A DNA stretch of 64,000 bases, taken from contig NC_043004.1 of the NCBI RefSeq assembly GCF_006345805.1, positions 33,604,001 to 33,668,000 on the forward strand. Reading direction: 5' to 3'. Within the stretch, counting starts at the first letter, position 1. Each line of letters opens with the position of its first letter. This DNA is from Octopus sinensis (Eukaryota). The notes beneath the pieces were generated by a model. The model ran no database searches. It was not told the origin of the DNA and was given only the letters and a program-made list of their open reading frames with translations. Made by a program: the position numbers and the translations under genes. Positions 46,960 through 60,796 of this stretch are shown piece by piece.

Positions 46960-48250
46960 TAAGTAAGATATCTCTAGCTTCCTCAGGCTGACCAGACTAC
47001 AGAAGGTGAAACCCTGCCAAAGGCGTTTTCTAGCTTGATAAATGCCTGGTGTATAGAATTACATCTAGCTCAATAATCTGCCTGCAGTTGTGTCAATAGG
47101 AAGATGACACCAGTAGTAGCTCTTCTAAGGCGGCGAGCTGGCAGAAACGTTAGCACGCTGGGCAAAATGCATAGCCGTATTTCTTCTGTCGATATATTCT
47201 GAGTTCAAATTCCACCGAGGTCGACTTTGCCTTTCATCCTTTCGGGGTCGATAAATTAAGTACCAGTTACACACTGGGGTCGATGTAATCGACTTAATCC
47301 GTTTGTCTGTCCTTGTTTGTCCCCTCTGTGTTTAGCCCCTTGTGGGTAGTAAAGAAATAAGTAGTAGCTCTTCTTGGCTCAGAGCCAAACTACATTTCAT
47401 CCTGGACAACCCTCTTCTTAATCAATTATCAAACAATCCACCAGATTGACACCTCCCTAATTTCCTCTCCTTTGCCCTTGTAGTGGTTGACAACGATGCT
47501 GCTACACTAGTCATTGAGTAAAGCCTCTTTCTAATTGACATTTTAATCATCTTAGTACAATTCTTGATCCCTGATAAATCGGCTACTTGCCCTGCCTTAC
47601 AGTTGTCGACTACAATGGCTGGCATCTTTGTAGGGTCAACTTGAGGAACACTCAATTTATTTCATTTAGCTTTTGTAAAAGCGTTTCTCTGCCCCTTTGT
47701 CTTTTGATCTCAGAAACACCAGTTTTCCCATTATCTTTCTGTACACAATTTACTCTAAAGATGTCTCATTTTCACTCACATATACTTCTTCAGTCCTAAA
47801 TACTTTATGCTCCTAATGCCCGTGTATCAGAAAATCAGAAAATCCCTAACTTTTGGCATCTTCCTTTGTTAAGTAAACCTGATGTTTATTTTTGTTCTTA
47901 TTGCCTGATGTTAATCTTTACTTCTACTTTCTGTCCCAATCTTCTCCGGCATTTTACTTCCTCTTTATTTCATTCTACATCACAATGTCCCCTTCTTCTT
48001 GAATGGGACCTTGCACTAGCCACAGAGTTTATCTCTCACCCTCAACAGGTTGTCTTCTAAGAACTCCCAGCTGCTCTCTAAATCACAATTTCCTATTTTC
48101 TCCTTTTTCTTCAACCACACATTAGATTTACTGGTGTGATTCTTGGACTTTCTACGCCAGCAGAATTTTGATTTTCGTTGAGACTCCAATTCAAGAGAGT
48201 AGATAGCGTCAAGCTTGGGTTTACTGCATTGGAAATAATCTGATTTTCTT
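46960..48250 (-). mobile_element. Old, heavily decayed RTE LINE (linker to RT domain 3), interrupted by a SINE
   Basis: Degraded matches to the young copy: WEFLEDNLLR..DKLCG*CKVP, VPQVDPT, PND*CSSIVVNHYKGKGE, AFIKLENAFGRV. Confidence 0.65.
47128..47360 (+). mobile_element. SINE family B, near full length
   Basis: GGCGGCGAGCTGGCAGAAACGTTAGC...GAGTTCAAATTCC..GAGGTCGACTTTGCCTTTCATCCTTTCGGGGTCGATAAATTAAGTACCAG...CCCCTTGTGGGTAGTAAAGAAATA. Confidence 0.9.
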
Positions 48251-48339
48251 CCCAATCAGGACCATAACACACACACACACATGTATGCAATCATATGCAT
48301 ACATATAATATATATATATATATATGACTGTATATGTAT

Positions 48340-49235
48340 ATCATCATCATTGTCATTTAACGTCTGCTTTCCATGCTGGCATGGGTTGGACGATTTGACC
48401 GAGGACTGGCGAGCCAGAAGGCTGCACTGGGCTCCAGTCTGATCTGGCAAAGTTTCTACCGCTGGGTGCCCTTCCTAACACCAACAGCTCCGAGAGTGTA
48501 GCGGGCGCTTTCTACATGCCACTTGCACAAGGGCCAGTCAGGCAGCACTAGCAATGACCACACTCGAATGTTGTTTTTCACATGCCACTGGCACAGGTGC
48601 CAGTAAGACGACACTGGCAATGATCATACTCGAATGGTGCTTTTTGCATGCCACCAGCACAGGAGCCAGTCCATGGCCCTGGCAACGATCATGCTCAGAT
48701 GGTGCTTTTAATGTTTCACTGGCACAGGTGCCAATCAGGCAGTACTGTCATCGGTCATGTCAGCGATTTTGATTTCACTTGCCTCAAAAGGTCTTCACCA
48801 GCAAAGTTTATTGTCTAATGAATGAAGGGTACTGATATGTGGGCTGGTTATATACCACTGGCATAGGCCACACGTTATGGTCTCACTTGGCTTGCTGGGT
48901 CTTCTCAAGCACATCATATCTCTAAAGGTCTCGGTCACTAGTCATTGCCTCAGTGAGGCCCAATGTTCGAAGTTCATGCTTCACCACTTCATCCCAGGTC
49001 TTCCTGGGTCTATTTCTTCTGCAGGTTCCCTCAACCACTAGAGTGTGACACTTTTTCACACAGCTGTCCTCATCCATTTTCAAAACATGACCTTACTAAC
49101 CCAGTTGTCTCTCTTGCACACCACATCTGATGCTACTTAAGTCCAACTTTTCTCTTAGGGTGCTTACACTCTGTGGTGTATGCCCACTGACATCACACAT
49201 CCAACGGGGAATACTGGCTTCATTCCACCTAAGGA
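48340..49235 (-). mobile_element. 5'-truncated RTE LINE (RT C-terminus, 3' UTR, tail)
   Basis: The minus strand encodes a degraded RNEAS...VEGTC...RPRKTWDEVVKH...EKTQQAK, followed by a single-copy 3' UTR and (GAT)n tail homologous to 33750-35746. Confidence 0.88.
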
Positions 49236-49980
49236 ATATTAAATATCTGAAGAATTTACTGGTTTACATTACCTGTATCAATAACAATGTTATTCCAATA
49301 GATAAAGAGAAAATAAACATACAGTTTATTAATATATGAATATAAATAAGAAATGGAAAACAAAACAATATATTGAACAATTATAAATGCAAATTAATTT
49401 AAATATTTTATACAAACAAATGACACATCTCATAATTTACAGCTGTTTCTGCTTCCTTAATTAAACAAAGTTTTTCAAGAATAATCAAATCCATTTAAAT
49501 ATGTAATGATGCTTCATCAGACAGACATATCTATCTAAATATTTGATGACATACACACACATACATACATATATACATACAGACACATACATTCATATTC
49601 CGTGTGTATGTATGCATGTATTTGTATATATTTAAACATTATTAATATGACATATTTGATGTATGTATGTGGTTAAACATTGAGAAATGGCGGTACTTTG
49701 TCCAGGGTAGACCTCTTTAAAGCTTTGATGTACTACACTTCCACACCATCTAACCATACACACACATTAAGTAAAATCATAATAATGTTTACATTATTTA
49801 AGCTGCTTCAAACGAAAGTTATAACATATACATACACAAATATATATATTAATGTTTGTTTTTAAGTTAAGTTATAATAAAACAATTTTACATTAATCTG
49901 ATGTGTTATTCCCTAGTTTTCTAGGGTATAAATTTATTATTCTTATTCACTATTTTTTAAATCTTACAACAAGAGATATT

Positions 49981-50264
49981 CAGCAACAGTACTTTGGAGT
50001 AAAGATTGTTTGCCAACATAACATGGCAGTCCTGGTTTAGGATGAATGTTGCTGTAATTTAGTCCCAAGAGACACCATCTCCAGCAGGCTATAGGACATG
50101 ATCTGTGTCTTTATATTCGCTTTTTCAAAAATATAAGGACGCAGATCATGTTGTATAACCAGCTGGAGACAATGTCTCCAGGGGGTAAATTACAGCAACA
50201 TTCGTCCTAAACCAGGACTGCCATGTTATGTTAGCAAAAATCTTTACTTCAAAGAATGTTGTTG
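49981..50264. repeat. Fold-back palindrome (~130-bp arms, ~16-nt loop), probably a MITE
   Basis: The left arm ...GTAAAGATTGTTTGCCAACATAACATGGCAGTCCTGGTTTAGGATGAATGTTGCTGTAATTTA... is the reverse complement of the right arm with scattered mismatches. Confidence 0.92.
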
Positions 50265-50791
50265 ACAGTGACTGCAAAGTTTCAGCCAGCTTAGCCATTG
50301 TTGGATGGTTTAGTTGGTTGAAACTGTGAAGTCACTCTCAACAATATTCTAGAATTGGAATAATACATGTGTGTGTGTGAGTGTGTGTGTGTGTATGAAG
50401 GTTGATAAACTACAAAAAGTAGTAAATGAGTACATTAAAGATACACATTTTTTTTTATGTAATTCGAATATTAATGTTGAAGACTATCACTTGTTTGCTT
50501 GTTTATCTTTTTTCATAAACAAGGACAAAAATTTAACATTATTTCTTGACCAAAATGTTTTGTATTGCTAATGCGTTTATTTCATGCAGAGCTTAGAAAA
50601 AATGGGTGAGTGAAAGTTCCATCAATAAGCTCTGCAGGAAGTTACCAAAACTCAAAAGACGGAGCCCTTAGGCAGACAAATTTACCAAATGATTCCCCAG
50701 CTGGACATGGTCAAGAGTGTTACTCATGTTTAGGACAACAGCAAAATTTTCAGCAAATGTCTGGGTCTTCAGAGTTCCTTGATGAGTGACA

Positions 50792-51183
50792 TCTCTCTAT
50801 ATATAAAGCTGAAGTTGTCTGTGTATGGCAGGTTTGGTATCCTTCAACTAACACTATCTCCTCCGAGACCTTGCGGTGCAAGTTGACCAAAATTGAGATT
50901 ATGATAGAAGAAGGCTTGCTCTTCCTTCCGTAGAAGAAAAAATTCAAATCGGACCATGTTAACACAAAAAATTATTTACATCAAAAAGGCGCTTTTTTTC
51001 TATGAAAATCCCTATTTTTTACGATATTTTGACTGCTGTGTCGCCATTTTTCGGTGTATATCAACCAGAAAAATGTTGACTTAAAGAGAATAACAAGTTG
51101 CATAATGCAAAATTCTTACTTTTTAAAAATTCCAATTCTAAAGGGGCGAAACAAACCCAAGCAACGCCGGGCGATATTGCTAG
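50792..51183 (+). mobile_element. Non-autonomous Helitron, 392 bp
   Basis: Inserted between A (50791) and T (51184). 5' TCTCTCTATATATAAAGCTG; subterminal GC-rich hairpin CCCAAGCAACGCCGGG (51156-51171); 3' CTAG. Confidence 0.82.
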
Positions 51184-52659
51184 TAAAAGAGTATATTTCA
51201 AGTAGATCTGACTTTAGATGGTTAAAAAAATAGAAAAAGTAATTCAAAGGTGTTGGAAAAGGTGGTAGTTTTTAGTAGCTGCCTCAAGTCCCTTTGGAAT
51301 GATAGAAGTGAGTGTGATGGTCTGCGGTTCAGTAAGGTCAGAGGGGTTGTTCTTGGAAATAGAATAGACATACTGCAACATGTTTAAGCATATAAAGAAA
51401 GGAATAAAATTTATTGTTAATGTTCAAACATTTAGCAATTTTATAAGTAACAAACTGAAGTAATTTTCTGGTTCAGATTAGAGATTAAGTCAGGTTGTAA
51501 ATATATGATTTGTATCAAAAATGAAACTTCTGCTATAATCTCTCATTAAATAAATAATTGGAGATATTTGACTTACAAATTGATATAAAGAAATATTATA
51601 AACTAAAATCTGCTCTGTAGAGCAAGTAAGTGTATCTTAAAATAACAGCAACCATTTTTAAAGAAGAAAATAATCAATTTGTTTCTTTTATCTCCAGAAA
51701 GAAGTATGCTTAGAAATTTGAAATTAATGAGAGGCTTATTTCAAAGAAGTTTGATGAGATCAGAATACACATTAAAGGCTTAAGATCTTAGCTTCTTATT
51801 GAAGTGTATTTTGAGAATGATCAACTGAGGAAAAAGACAAGAATAGTAAGAAGAACAATGACTATAATGGTCTTCTCTGACACGGTGCAAGATAAGGTGA
51901 GAGATGTTGTAGACAGCTGGAGTCACTTTAGTGTTTGGAGGATATTTTATTTTAGGTGAAAGGTTAAAGACATTAGCCTGTCAGGAATGGCGGCCAGCAG
52001 ACTAAAATAGCTCACAAAATTTAGTTATGGCTTCTGATTTCTGAGTTCTAATTCCAATGAAATCAACAATACTTTTGATTTCTCTGAGACTGATAAGAAT
52101 ATAAGAGGCATTCGTCTGTTCACTTCCCTCCAAATATATGGCCTAAGTTGGAAGTCCCTTTTGTAGGGGATTGGATAGGATCAAGTACTGTAGCCATGTC
52201 TATGCTAAGGTACCTCATTGTCTACTTGGTGTTGTTTAGCTTCATGTTAACCTTGATTGAGAAAATCTATGGCTGTAGCCATTCCAACCATGACCATTTG
52301 GTTATTTTTCAGGACTAAAACAATGTTAGCCAATGCAATGTCCTTCCTTTTTTATTCAGAACAAAAGAGTGTTGTCTGAGGGAGATTTGGCCACTGTTTC
52401 TAGCAGAATAAATAAGCAGTGATGAGAGGGGCAGGGTGAACATACACACATACATGATGGATTGCCTTCAGCTTCCACTCACTAAATCCACTCACATGAT
52501 GCTGGCATGGTTGTGTGGTAAGAAGTTTGCTTCTCAGCCACATGGTTTTAAGTTCAGTCCCACTGCATGGCAATAGTCTTCTACTATAACTTTGGACTGG
52601 TCAGCCCTGTGAGTGGCTTCAGTAGACGGAAACTGAAAGAAGGCCATTGTATATATATA

Positions 52660-52886
52660 CAATAATCCTTCACCATACCGTGGTTCACCTATCGCAGTTC
52701 ACCCTCGTGGTTCACTTATCATGGTTCACCTATTATTATTTATGCTTATGTTGATTCCTTTGTGGTGTTGTGTTGCATTTATAATAAATTAGATATATAT
52801 ATACCGTACTGTTTCTACTTTTCAGATTTCTCCCTATCGCCGGAACGTTTTGGAACGTAACACCTGCGATAGTCGAGGGATTACTT
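52660..52886. mobile_element. Tigger/pogo-like MITE inserted at a TA inside a SINE
   Basis: Ends TA-CAATAATCCTTC... and ...GCGATAGTCGAGGGATTACTT-TA (degenerate TIR CAGTAATCCCTCG). The SINE resumes on both sides; subterminal GGTTCACCTATC repeats. Confidence 0.7.
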
Positions 52887-53994
52887 TATATGTATATGCA
52901 TGCATGTGTGTGTATGTGTGTGTGTGTGTGTGTGTGTGCACGCATGTCTCTGTGCCTGTATTTGTCCCTCACTACTGCTTGATAACCAGTGTTAGTGTGT
53001 TTACATCCTGTGACTTAGCGGTTTGGCAAGAGGGACCAATAGAATAATCGCCAGGCTTAAAAATGAGAGAGTGAGAGAGAGAGAGTAAGTACCAGGGTTG
53101 ATTCAATAAACTCAAAATTCTTCAAGGTAGTGCTCCAGCATGGCAGCAGTCTTGTAACTGAAACAAGTGAACAACAAAAAATAAAAGATGTCAAAGCGGC
53201 CACTTAGGCAGAAGGACCGAAAATAGATTCTGTTGTGTGTTTTGCGCTGTGCTTTGTCATCACATAAAACAGACTGACATTGTCAATGACGACACCTAAA
53301 TGCTTGTGGAAGCAGGAGTGCCACTGATTTTGGTGCCTGGACTGATTAAAATTGGAATGGAATGGACAAAAAGGCTTTGCAGCAGAGGCACGAATAAGAG
53401 CAACAATCACAGCAACTCTCACTGCCACTCTACTAACAATGGTTTGTAATTTAGATACAAGGTCAACAACTTTGAGGGGAGGGGTCTCTCCATGTCATCA
53501 AATCCAGAAGTTGATGGTTGTTTTATCATATTGACACCTGAAAGGATTGATGATGAAGGCAGCCGTGATGAGATTTGATTTCGGAACATAAAGAGCTGGA
53601 ACAAATACCAGGAAGTAAGTCTCAAACAACTCTGCAATTCGCTACCTTTTGCAGCATAACAATAGCGATTAGATAATGGTCAAATTCTAATTATGATTAG
53701 ATACTAATAAGGGTCAGGTAATGGTCAAAGAAAGTTGGTTCTCATACAAAGAGCGAGTCTAAAAGGAAATCATATCAGTTACATTACATGACACAATTGC
53801 ATTCTACTACAAAATATTGTTTTCTTTTACACATGTAGGAATGAGTGTTGTTTCTATATTCCAGTTCTGTTTAATTTGTATTTATTTTATCAACCAAAAA
53901 AGGTCTGCTTTTCTTTTAGGGAAATTTGAATGAAGAATTTGAGAAATTTACTCTGTTTCTTTACCATTTCAGATAATGGTTTGCTTTTGTATAA

Positions 53995-54230
53995 TATATT
54001 TCTTTACTGCCCACAAGGGGCTAAACATAGAGGGGACAAACAAGGACAGACAAAGGGATTAAGTAGATTACATCGACCCCAGTGCAAAACTGGTACTTAA
54101 TTTATCGACCCCGAAAGATGAAAGGCAAAGTCGACCTCAGCAGAATTTGAACTCAGAACGTAATGACAGACGAAATACTGCTAAGCTTTTCGCCCAGCGC
54201 GCTAATGTTTCTGCCAGCTCGCCGCCTTTT
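53995..54230 (-). mobile_element. SINE family B
   Basis: Reverse complement of family B. Partial minus copies also at ~17355-17515, ~27395-27565 and ~37620-37740; a 3' half on plus at ~58718-58830. Confidence 0.88.
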
Positions 54231-54918
54231 AATTTTGTATAATAACCCCAAACAATGTTGTTCTTTGTTATAATTAATTCATAGTAAGATGACTTGATTA
54301 GGACAATGATAAAACTGATTAAACAATATGAGTGCTTCTATTAATGGTTAAAGGCAGCTAAAAGGAGGATTGAAACACAGCCCTGCAAATGAACAAAACA
54401 TTAATGATTATAAGACTTTCCTACTGTGTCCACCCATAATGACTATTTACTGCCAGAGCCTGTGTATCTGTGAGAGGCAGGTGCTCCCAGTAACTGACAG
54501 TAAACTGTTAGTTATGAGATACAAACCTTGAAAGTTTTATAGAGATATCCTATCAATTTGGTCAACCGAGAATCTATATTGGCATATTTGTTATTTACAC
54601 TCTCTCCTTCCCACCAGCTTTCTTACCATTCTCTACATTGTCTTTGTTGTTGTCGTTGCCATTGTTGTTGTTGTTGTTATCATCCTCATCACCATACCCA
54701 GCCGTATCAATGGATTAATATCTGTTCTACCCTGCTGACATATGTGAGGTTGTTCTGATCGGCTCCATCTGATATCACACCAAACTTCTCAAAGCAGTCG
54801 AAATCATACGTCACTTGCAGTACAATACTGTGTAATAGAGCATTAACTTCACAGATAAGTGCTTTCCCATTGATATATTGACAGCTATTCACCCATCTCT
54901 ATTGCTAATAATAGCAAT

Positions 54919-54951
<33 letters not shown>

Positions 54952-55868
54952 AATAAGGATGATGATGATGATGGTGGTGGTGGTGATGATGATGATGATG
55001 ATGATGATAATAATCACAATAATAATAATAATTCTACATTGTTATTGCAGATAATTTTAACAGTTTCTTGTAATCACCATTGTGTCTAACCATAGATAAA
55101 TATTGATATTTAGTTAAATATCCTGAGCAACTTAAACTCTCTTCCAGCACCAACTTATATTTCATTTGCTCTAAAGTATTTGCAACTCACAATTTTGTTT
55201 AAGCTGCTCATGTCAAATATTATTTTGATGGAATTATTAATCTTTATATATATATATATTTTAAAATATAACAATGAGAGGTGTCATGGCAATCTCTATC
55301 AATAATCTCCATTTAAACTAAATTGATATATCTGCTTAGATATTACAGTGAATAGATCTAAGGATAATCAATAAGATAACAATGAACCAGTTAAAAATCA
55401 ATGATTTGCATTCCATTTTCGTATCACATATCCATGCCAAAGCTACTTAACTTTTGCTGGCATCGTCCACCTTGTTGTAAACAGATACGATATACAAGTT
55501 TAGCTTACTGCTATACACATCAAGATTACTACACAATTAATGAATAATTCATTGATCTGCTGTGTTGAACTAAAATACTATCATAGCTATGGCTTAGAAA
55601 GACCTTTCTTTGGAATCAATCAGATTAATCACATATTTCTGGATACATCTGATTAGGAAAAGTTGAACGATTGATTATCTCACTTTTGCATGATATAAAT
55701 TATGTTATTTATCCGTATGGTTGCAAAAAAAAAAAATATCCTAGTTGCTTTAATAAGCATAGAGTAGCTAGCAACAAAGCATTCTTGTTTGTGATGGCAG
55801 CAGCACTTGAAGACAAGTTATTTCCAATGGAAATAGCTTCTAACAGCAAACTTCTTCAAGTCACTTAA

Positions 55869-56089
55869 CCCTTTCGTTACCAACCTGGCTGAAACCGGCT
55901 CTGGTTCTCTAGTACAAATGTCTTGTTTTCATAAGTTTTGAATTAAAATCTTCCACCAAACTTTAGTCACAATTTATGTTCCTAACAATAGTTTAATGAT
56001 AACTAAGTTATTTTACTAAATTCTTTATTATATTTAAAATAATTGAAAGAAACACAGAGCATCTCAAAATAAATGCAGTAACGAAAGGG
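55869..56089. mobile_element. piggyBac-like MITE, 221 bp, copy 2
   Basis: Same TIRs, TTAA flanks and length as 2115-2335, with scattered substitutions. Confidence 0.9.
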
Positions 56090-56449
56090 TTAAAGGTGTT
56101 CTTCTCCTAAAATTCCACACCATCTGACTATCTATAGTCTGTGGCTGAAGAAGTTGAAAAAGATTCCAAATCCAAAATGTAAAAAGACACAGCGCAAAGG
56201 AAATAACAGGTTTTCAATTGATCCTGTTTTAAAAATAGTTTTCAATAAGAACAGAATCAAGGGGATATTGTGACCTTCATACTTTTCCAAACAGTATTAG
56301 GGATAACAAGTTGTCTCATATTGAGAGTAAAAACCTGGTATCAGATCCTGCTGGCCAAAGATTTTTCACTTACTACAATTTGGATTTCCAGATTAACAAA
56401 CTGTTCTTTGACAAACTTTGACAAGTCAACGAGGATTTCCTTTCATGTT

Positions 56450-56610
56450 TATTCAACCTGCTGGAAATAACAACCAAATATCTCCTTGAATCATCTTCTA
56501 CCACCTTAAAAAACCCCAAAAAGGATGTATTAGTAGTCCTGAAATGAAAGCAGAATGGTCACAACTAGAATGACTTTGACCAAAGAGATGCTTGATTGCA
56601 ATTAACCTAG
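56450..56610 (+). repeat. Unclassified old interspersed repeat with core CTGCTAGAAATAGCAGCCAAATCTCCCTC
   Basis: Degenerate copies at ~850-940, ~13625-13740, ~25415-25600, ~52270-52410 (-) and ~63065-63200. Confidence 0.55.
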
Positions 56611-58085
56611 ATGTGAAAAACAACAACAAATCTCTGTCATAGGAGGTGGGCCTGATTGGACTGCATTGGTCTCAATCATTATCTACTACATTATCTCACT
56701 GACTCTAGAGAAATATAAAACAAAAACAGCTCTGTCAGGATTTGATCTCAGAATGTAGATGGACCTTTATAAATAGTATCAGATATTCAGTCAGTCTGGT
56801 AATTTACCATTTCCTGTTTACCATTGTGTGTGGAATTAGTTTATTGCAGTTAAAACTTTAAGTGATGCATTTTTCAATCAAATTTGTTTCCTTGACTAAC
56901 TATTAGTACAAACAGTAAAGGAATTACAAATAGATGTTCAAAAAATTACATGAAGAAAACAAATTTAAACAAATAATTATTCAGATACTCCAAAAAGATT
57001 AATTAGTGAAAAATAATTGAAGTTTGAAGAAAATAGTAAAAGCAATTCTCGTTTTGACTTATCTATTCTAAACCAACAGTAAAAAGTAGGTGGACATTTT
57101 CTTTTCTTTTTTTTTTTTGTTAAAACTGTTGAAGAAATAAAACACATTTGAAGCAAAATTGTTGCATAAAACTGTTATGCTAATTCAAAACATGAATACT
57201 ATTTTCTTCAGTGGCTGATACCAGGAAAATTACATTTAAATTGCAAATCCTACCAACCCGTGAAGTAACATATTAAAACCATTTTGATTTGTCTGTTTTT
57301 CTTTTCTTGAAATTCAATTACACTCTTGACTCTAAAGTATTGATGCACATTTAATTTTGAGTTAGAAAATATTAGCAATACTAGTATCTACTGAAACATC
57401 AGTGATAATATCTGCAGTTATGTTAACAACATCTACAAGCTGTTTTCTGGTGTTGTTGATAAGAAGGAAGACAGTGGTGGATTTGGTAGGTGTTGCTTTA
57501 AATCTATCTTTGCCAAGCCAGATTTCTTGGTGATATAAGTAGAGTTGCAACAGTTAAACTGTAGCATCTGAAGAATGGCAGATGTGAATGTGTGATGTCT
57601 GTTTGCTTTGCGAAAGTATATAAAAAAGAAAAAAAAAACAGAAAAGAGAGATAAAACTGGCTCTCCATTTGTTATGATGACAAGGGGCCCCAGTTGATCA
57701 TCGAATCAGCAGAACAGCCAACTCGTGTGCAAGTAGCAGAGCACCCTACAAAGACACATACTTTTAATATAGTTCTCATGGAGATTGAGAGTGAGAGCAA
57801 TTAAGTGTGAGGGGTGGGAAATAATGACAGAGAAATATTGCAATTAATTTGGTGAGGTGTGTGTGTGTAGAGAGAGAGATTACATAGAATGTAAAGGACA
57901 TTCAGCAACAGTGTAATATTTATTCAGCCCTAAGAAAATGAGAACTCAGTGGACAGAACAACCGTTTTTATTGAGGTTCCAAGAATACAAAACCAGAAAG
58001 AGTTGAGGATTTTACCGAGAAAATAAATTATGCTATATCTTCATTAAAAAGCTTGACTAAAAATATTCATTGTAAATGTCAGTGT

Positions 58086-58270
58086 CATCATCATGATTTA
58101 ACGTCCATCTTCCATGTTGGCTTGAGTTGGACAGTTTGACAGGAACCGGCAGATCAGGAGCCACACCATGTTCCATTGTCTGCTCTGGCATGGTTTCTAC
58201 AACTGGACGCCCTTACTGATGCCAACCACTTTACAGAGTGTACTGGGTGCATTGTACATGATACCAGCAT
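58086..58270 (-). mobile_element. Decayed RTE 3'-end fragment
   Basis: Reverse complement of the RTE tail (CATCATCATGATTTAACGTCC...CTGGACGCCCTTACTGATGCCAACC). Confidence 0.7.
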
Positions 58271-59767
58271 CATGGAGTAATTTTCAAGACAGGATCCCTC
58301 AACTGAGTGGGGGATAGTGTTGGGGGGGGGGTGGTTTTATGCTAAATGATCTGAGGTTCGGGTATGAGAAAGGGATAGAAACAGATGTCTTGCAGTAGAC
58401 AAGAGACATGGCTATCTTGGGTGGGGAGAGGGAGGTGAGATGGGGACAAATATGTCAGGGTGCAGCCTCAAGTTACAGGACAGAACATCTGAGTGTAGTG
58501 GGTCAGGGTGAGTGGGTAGGAAAGTTTGTGAGAGGGTAAAAGCGAGTGGGAGATGGTGGGGACAGGAATACAATGATTGGATTGATGCTAAAACATTGCT
58601 AAGTTCATTTATATCACCAGCATTGGTTGGTGCCACTGATTCTACAAATGGTAAGATATTTTCAGATGAAGCCGCACCACATCTCACCAATGTAAATGGC
58701 AATGTGTATTTTCTGGCAGATTAAATAAGTACCAGTTACACACTGAGGTTGATATAGTCGACTTAATCCTTTTGTCTGTCCTTGTTTGTCCCCTCTATGT
58801 TTAGCCCCTTGTGGGCAATAAAGAAATAAAGATATGTATTCTCTGTTATTAAATTGATGGAGAAGATATTTATATTACTCAAATATCTTTGATATTTTAC
58901 TTGTTTCAGTCATTAGACTGTGGCCATGCTGGGGCAGCCTTGCCTTGAAGTATTTTAGTCGAATAAATCACCCCCAGAACTTATATTTAAAGCCTGGTAC
59001 TTATTTTATCTTTCTCTTTTGCTAAACCACTAAGTAGCGGGGACAAACAAGCACAAAGACACACACACATGGTTGGTTTCTTTCAGTTTCTGTCTACCAA
59101 ACCCACTCACAAGATTTTGGTCAGCCTGAGGCTACAGTAGGGGACACAAGCTCAAGGTACCCCGCAGTGGGACTGAACCTGGAGCCATGCGGTTGGCAAG
59201 CAAACTTCTTACCACACAGCCACAGCTACGCCTATATGGCTACTTTATCATATTTTTATTTTTTTGTTATCAAAATATTGAATACTACAAAGCTGTTAAT
59301 ATGTCACAAAAGCTGAAAGCAACCTGTTCTTCAAAAACCCAGACATGATCTTCTGTCTGCTGTGCTTCCACCGGAGCCACTCCTGCCTGTCTGCAATACA
59401 CCTGACTGCTATCAAAGCAACAGATTCACAAATAAAACAGATGCTGTTGTGTCGGCCGGTCATTGTTCTCTAAGTCAATTTATCCTGTATAATGTGGCAT
59501 CTATGCTATAACGTGTGCTGCCTAGATGGAGTCTACACCATTTAAAGTGGCTGTGATTGAATATGTTTTCAAGGAGTGGTACAAATAGATTTGTTCTGAG
59601 GCTTATACTGCTTGCTCATACATAATGCATATACACACATACACACACACACACACATGCTTAAAGAGAGAGAGAGACAGAAATATACATCATAACTATA
59701 CATACATATACATTCATTTAGACATACACATGCATACATAAATACATAATACATACATATATAAGAC

Positions 59768-59814
<47 letters not shown>

Positions 59815-60796
59815 CATTCATACACACATACATAAATGCATACATACATACATGCATGCATGCATACATACATACATGCATGTATGCATGCATACACCTA
59901 TACAAGACTACCCTGTTTGATGCTGTTTGATGTTGTCTAACTTCCAATGAAATAATCTTGTTTCTAGGCAAGAAACTGCCTCTTTCAATAGTGGTGAGAA
60001 ATTCGGAAACAAAAATGCAGGAATACACATAAACGTACATGCATACATACATACATACATACATGCATACACACACAACACACACACACACACACACAAT
60101 GCATATATATATACATGCAAGTAAGCATGCATACAGCACACATAATATACAGATACATACATATATATATATATATATATTCATGCATGCATAAAAATAT
60201 ATACACACATACATGCAGCCATGCAAGCCTGATACATATATATACAAATATACACGCAAGCAAAAAAGATAAGTATGTTGTTTGGGCCCTATATCTGTGC
60301 AGAATGCAGTACTCAGACCATCGGCAGCTGCCCCCAAGATGTTTATAAGACCCTACTCTTTCATGAGATGGGACATAGTTGCCAAACCTATTTACAATAC
60401 TATTCACAGGAAGGATTGTTCTGATGGGCATCTAAAATGCACCACCAAAACCGAAACGTACCAATGTATTTAACAGTAAAATATTCCACTAAAGTTCCTT
60501 GCTGTTAAGGAATACTAGTGGACCATTTCAATCATCAGATAGTGATGGTGCAGATGTAACAGACTGACTAAATTCCATCATCACTTCTTTGTCCCGTATT
60601 CTTGGAACATCAATAAAAATGGTTGTTTTTAATCAGTGAGTTCTCGTTCTTCTAGGACTAAATAAATGTTATACTGTTGCTCAACTCCCTTTGCCTTCTG
60701 TATAATCTACACTATTGCATGCACACACACACACACACACAAACCTCACCAAATCAACTGCAACACTTCTCTGTCATTTTTCCCACCCCCCACACT

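Noticed and set aside
53204-53428. 74-aa ORF with a signal-peptide-like start
   Set aside because: No ATG start, and HKHLGVVIDN matches a decayed CR1/L2 RT segment.
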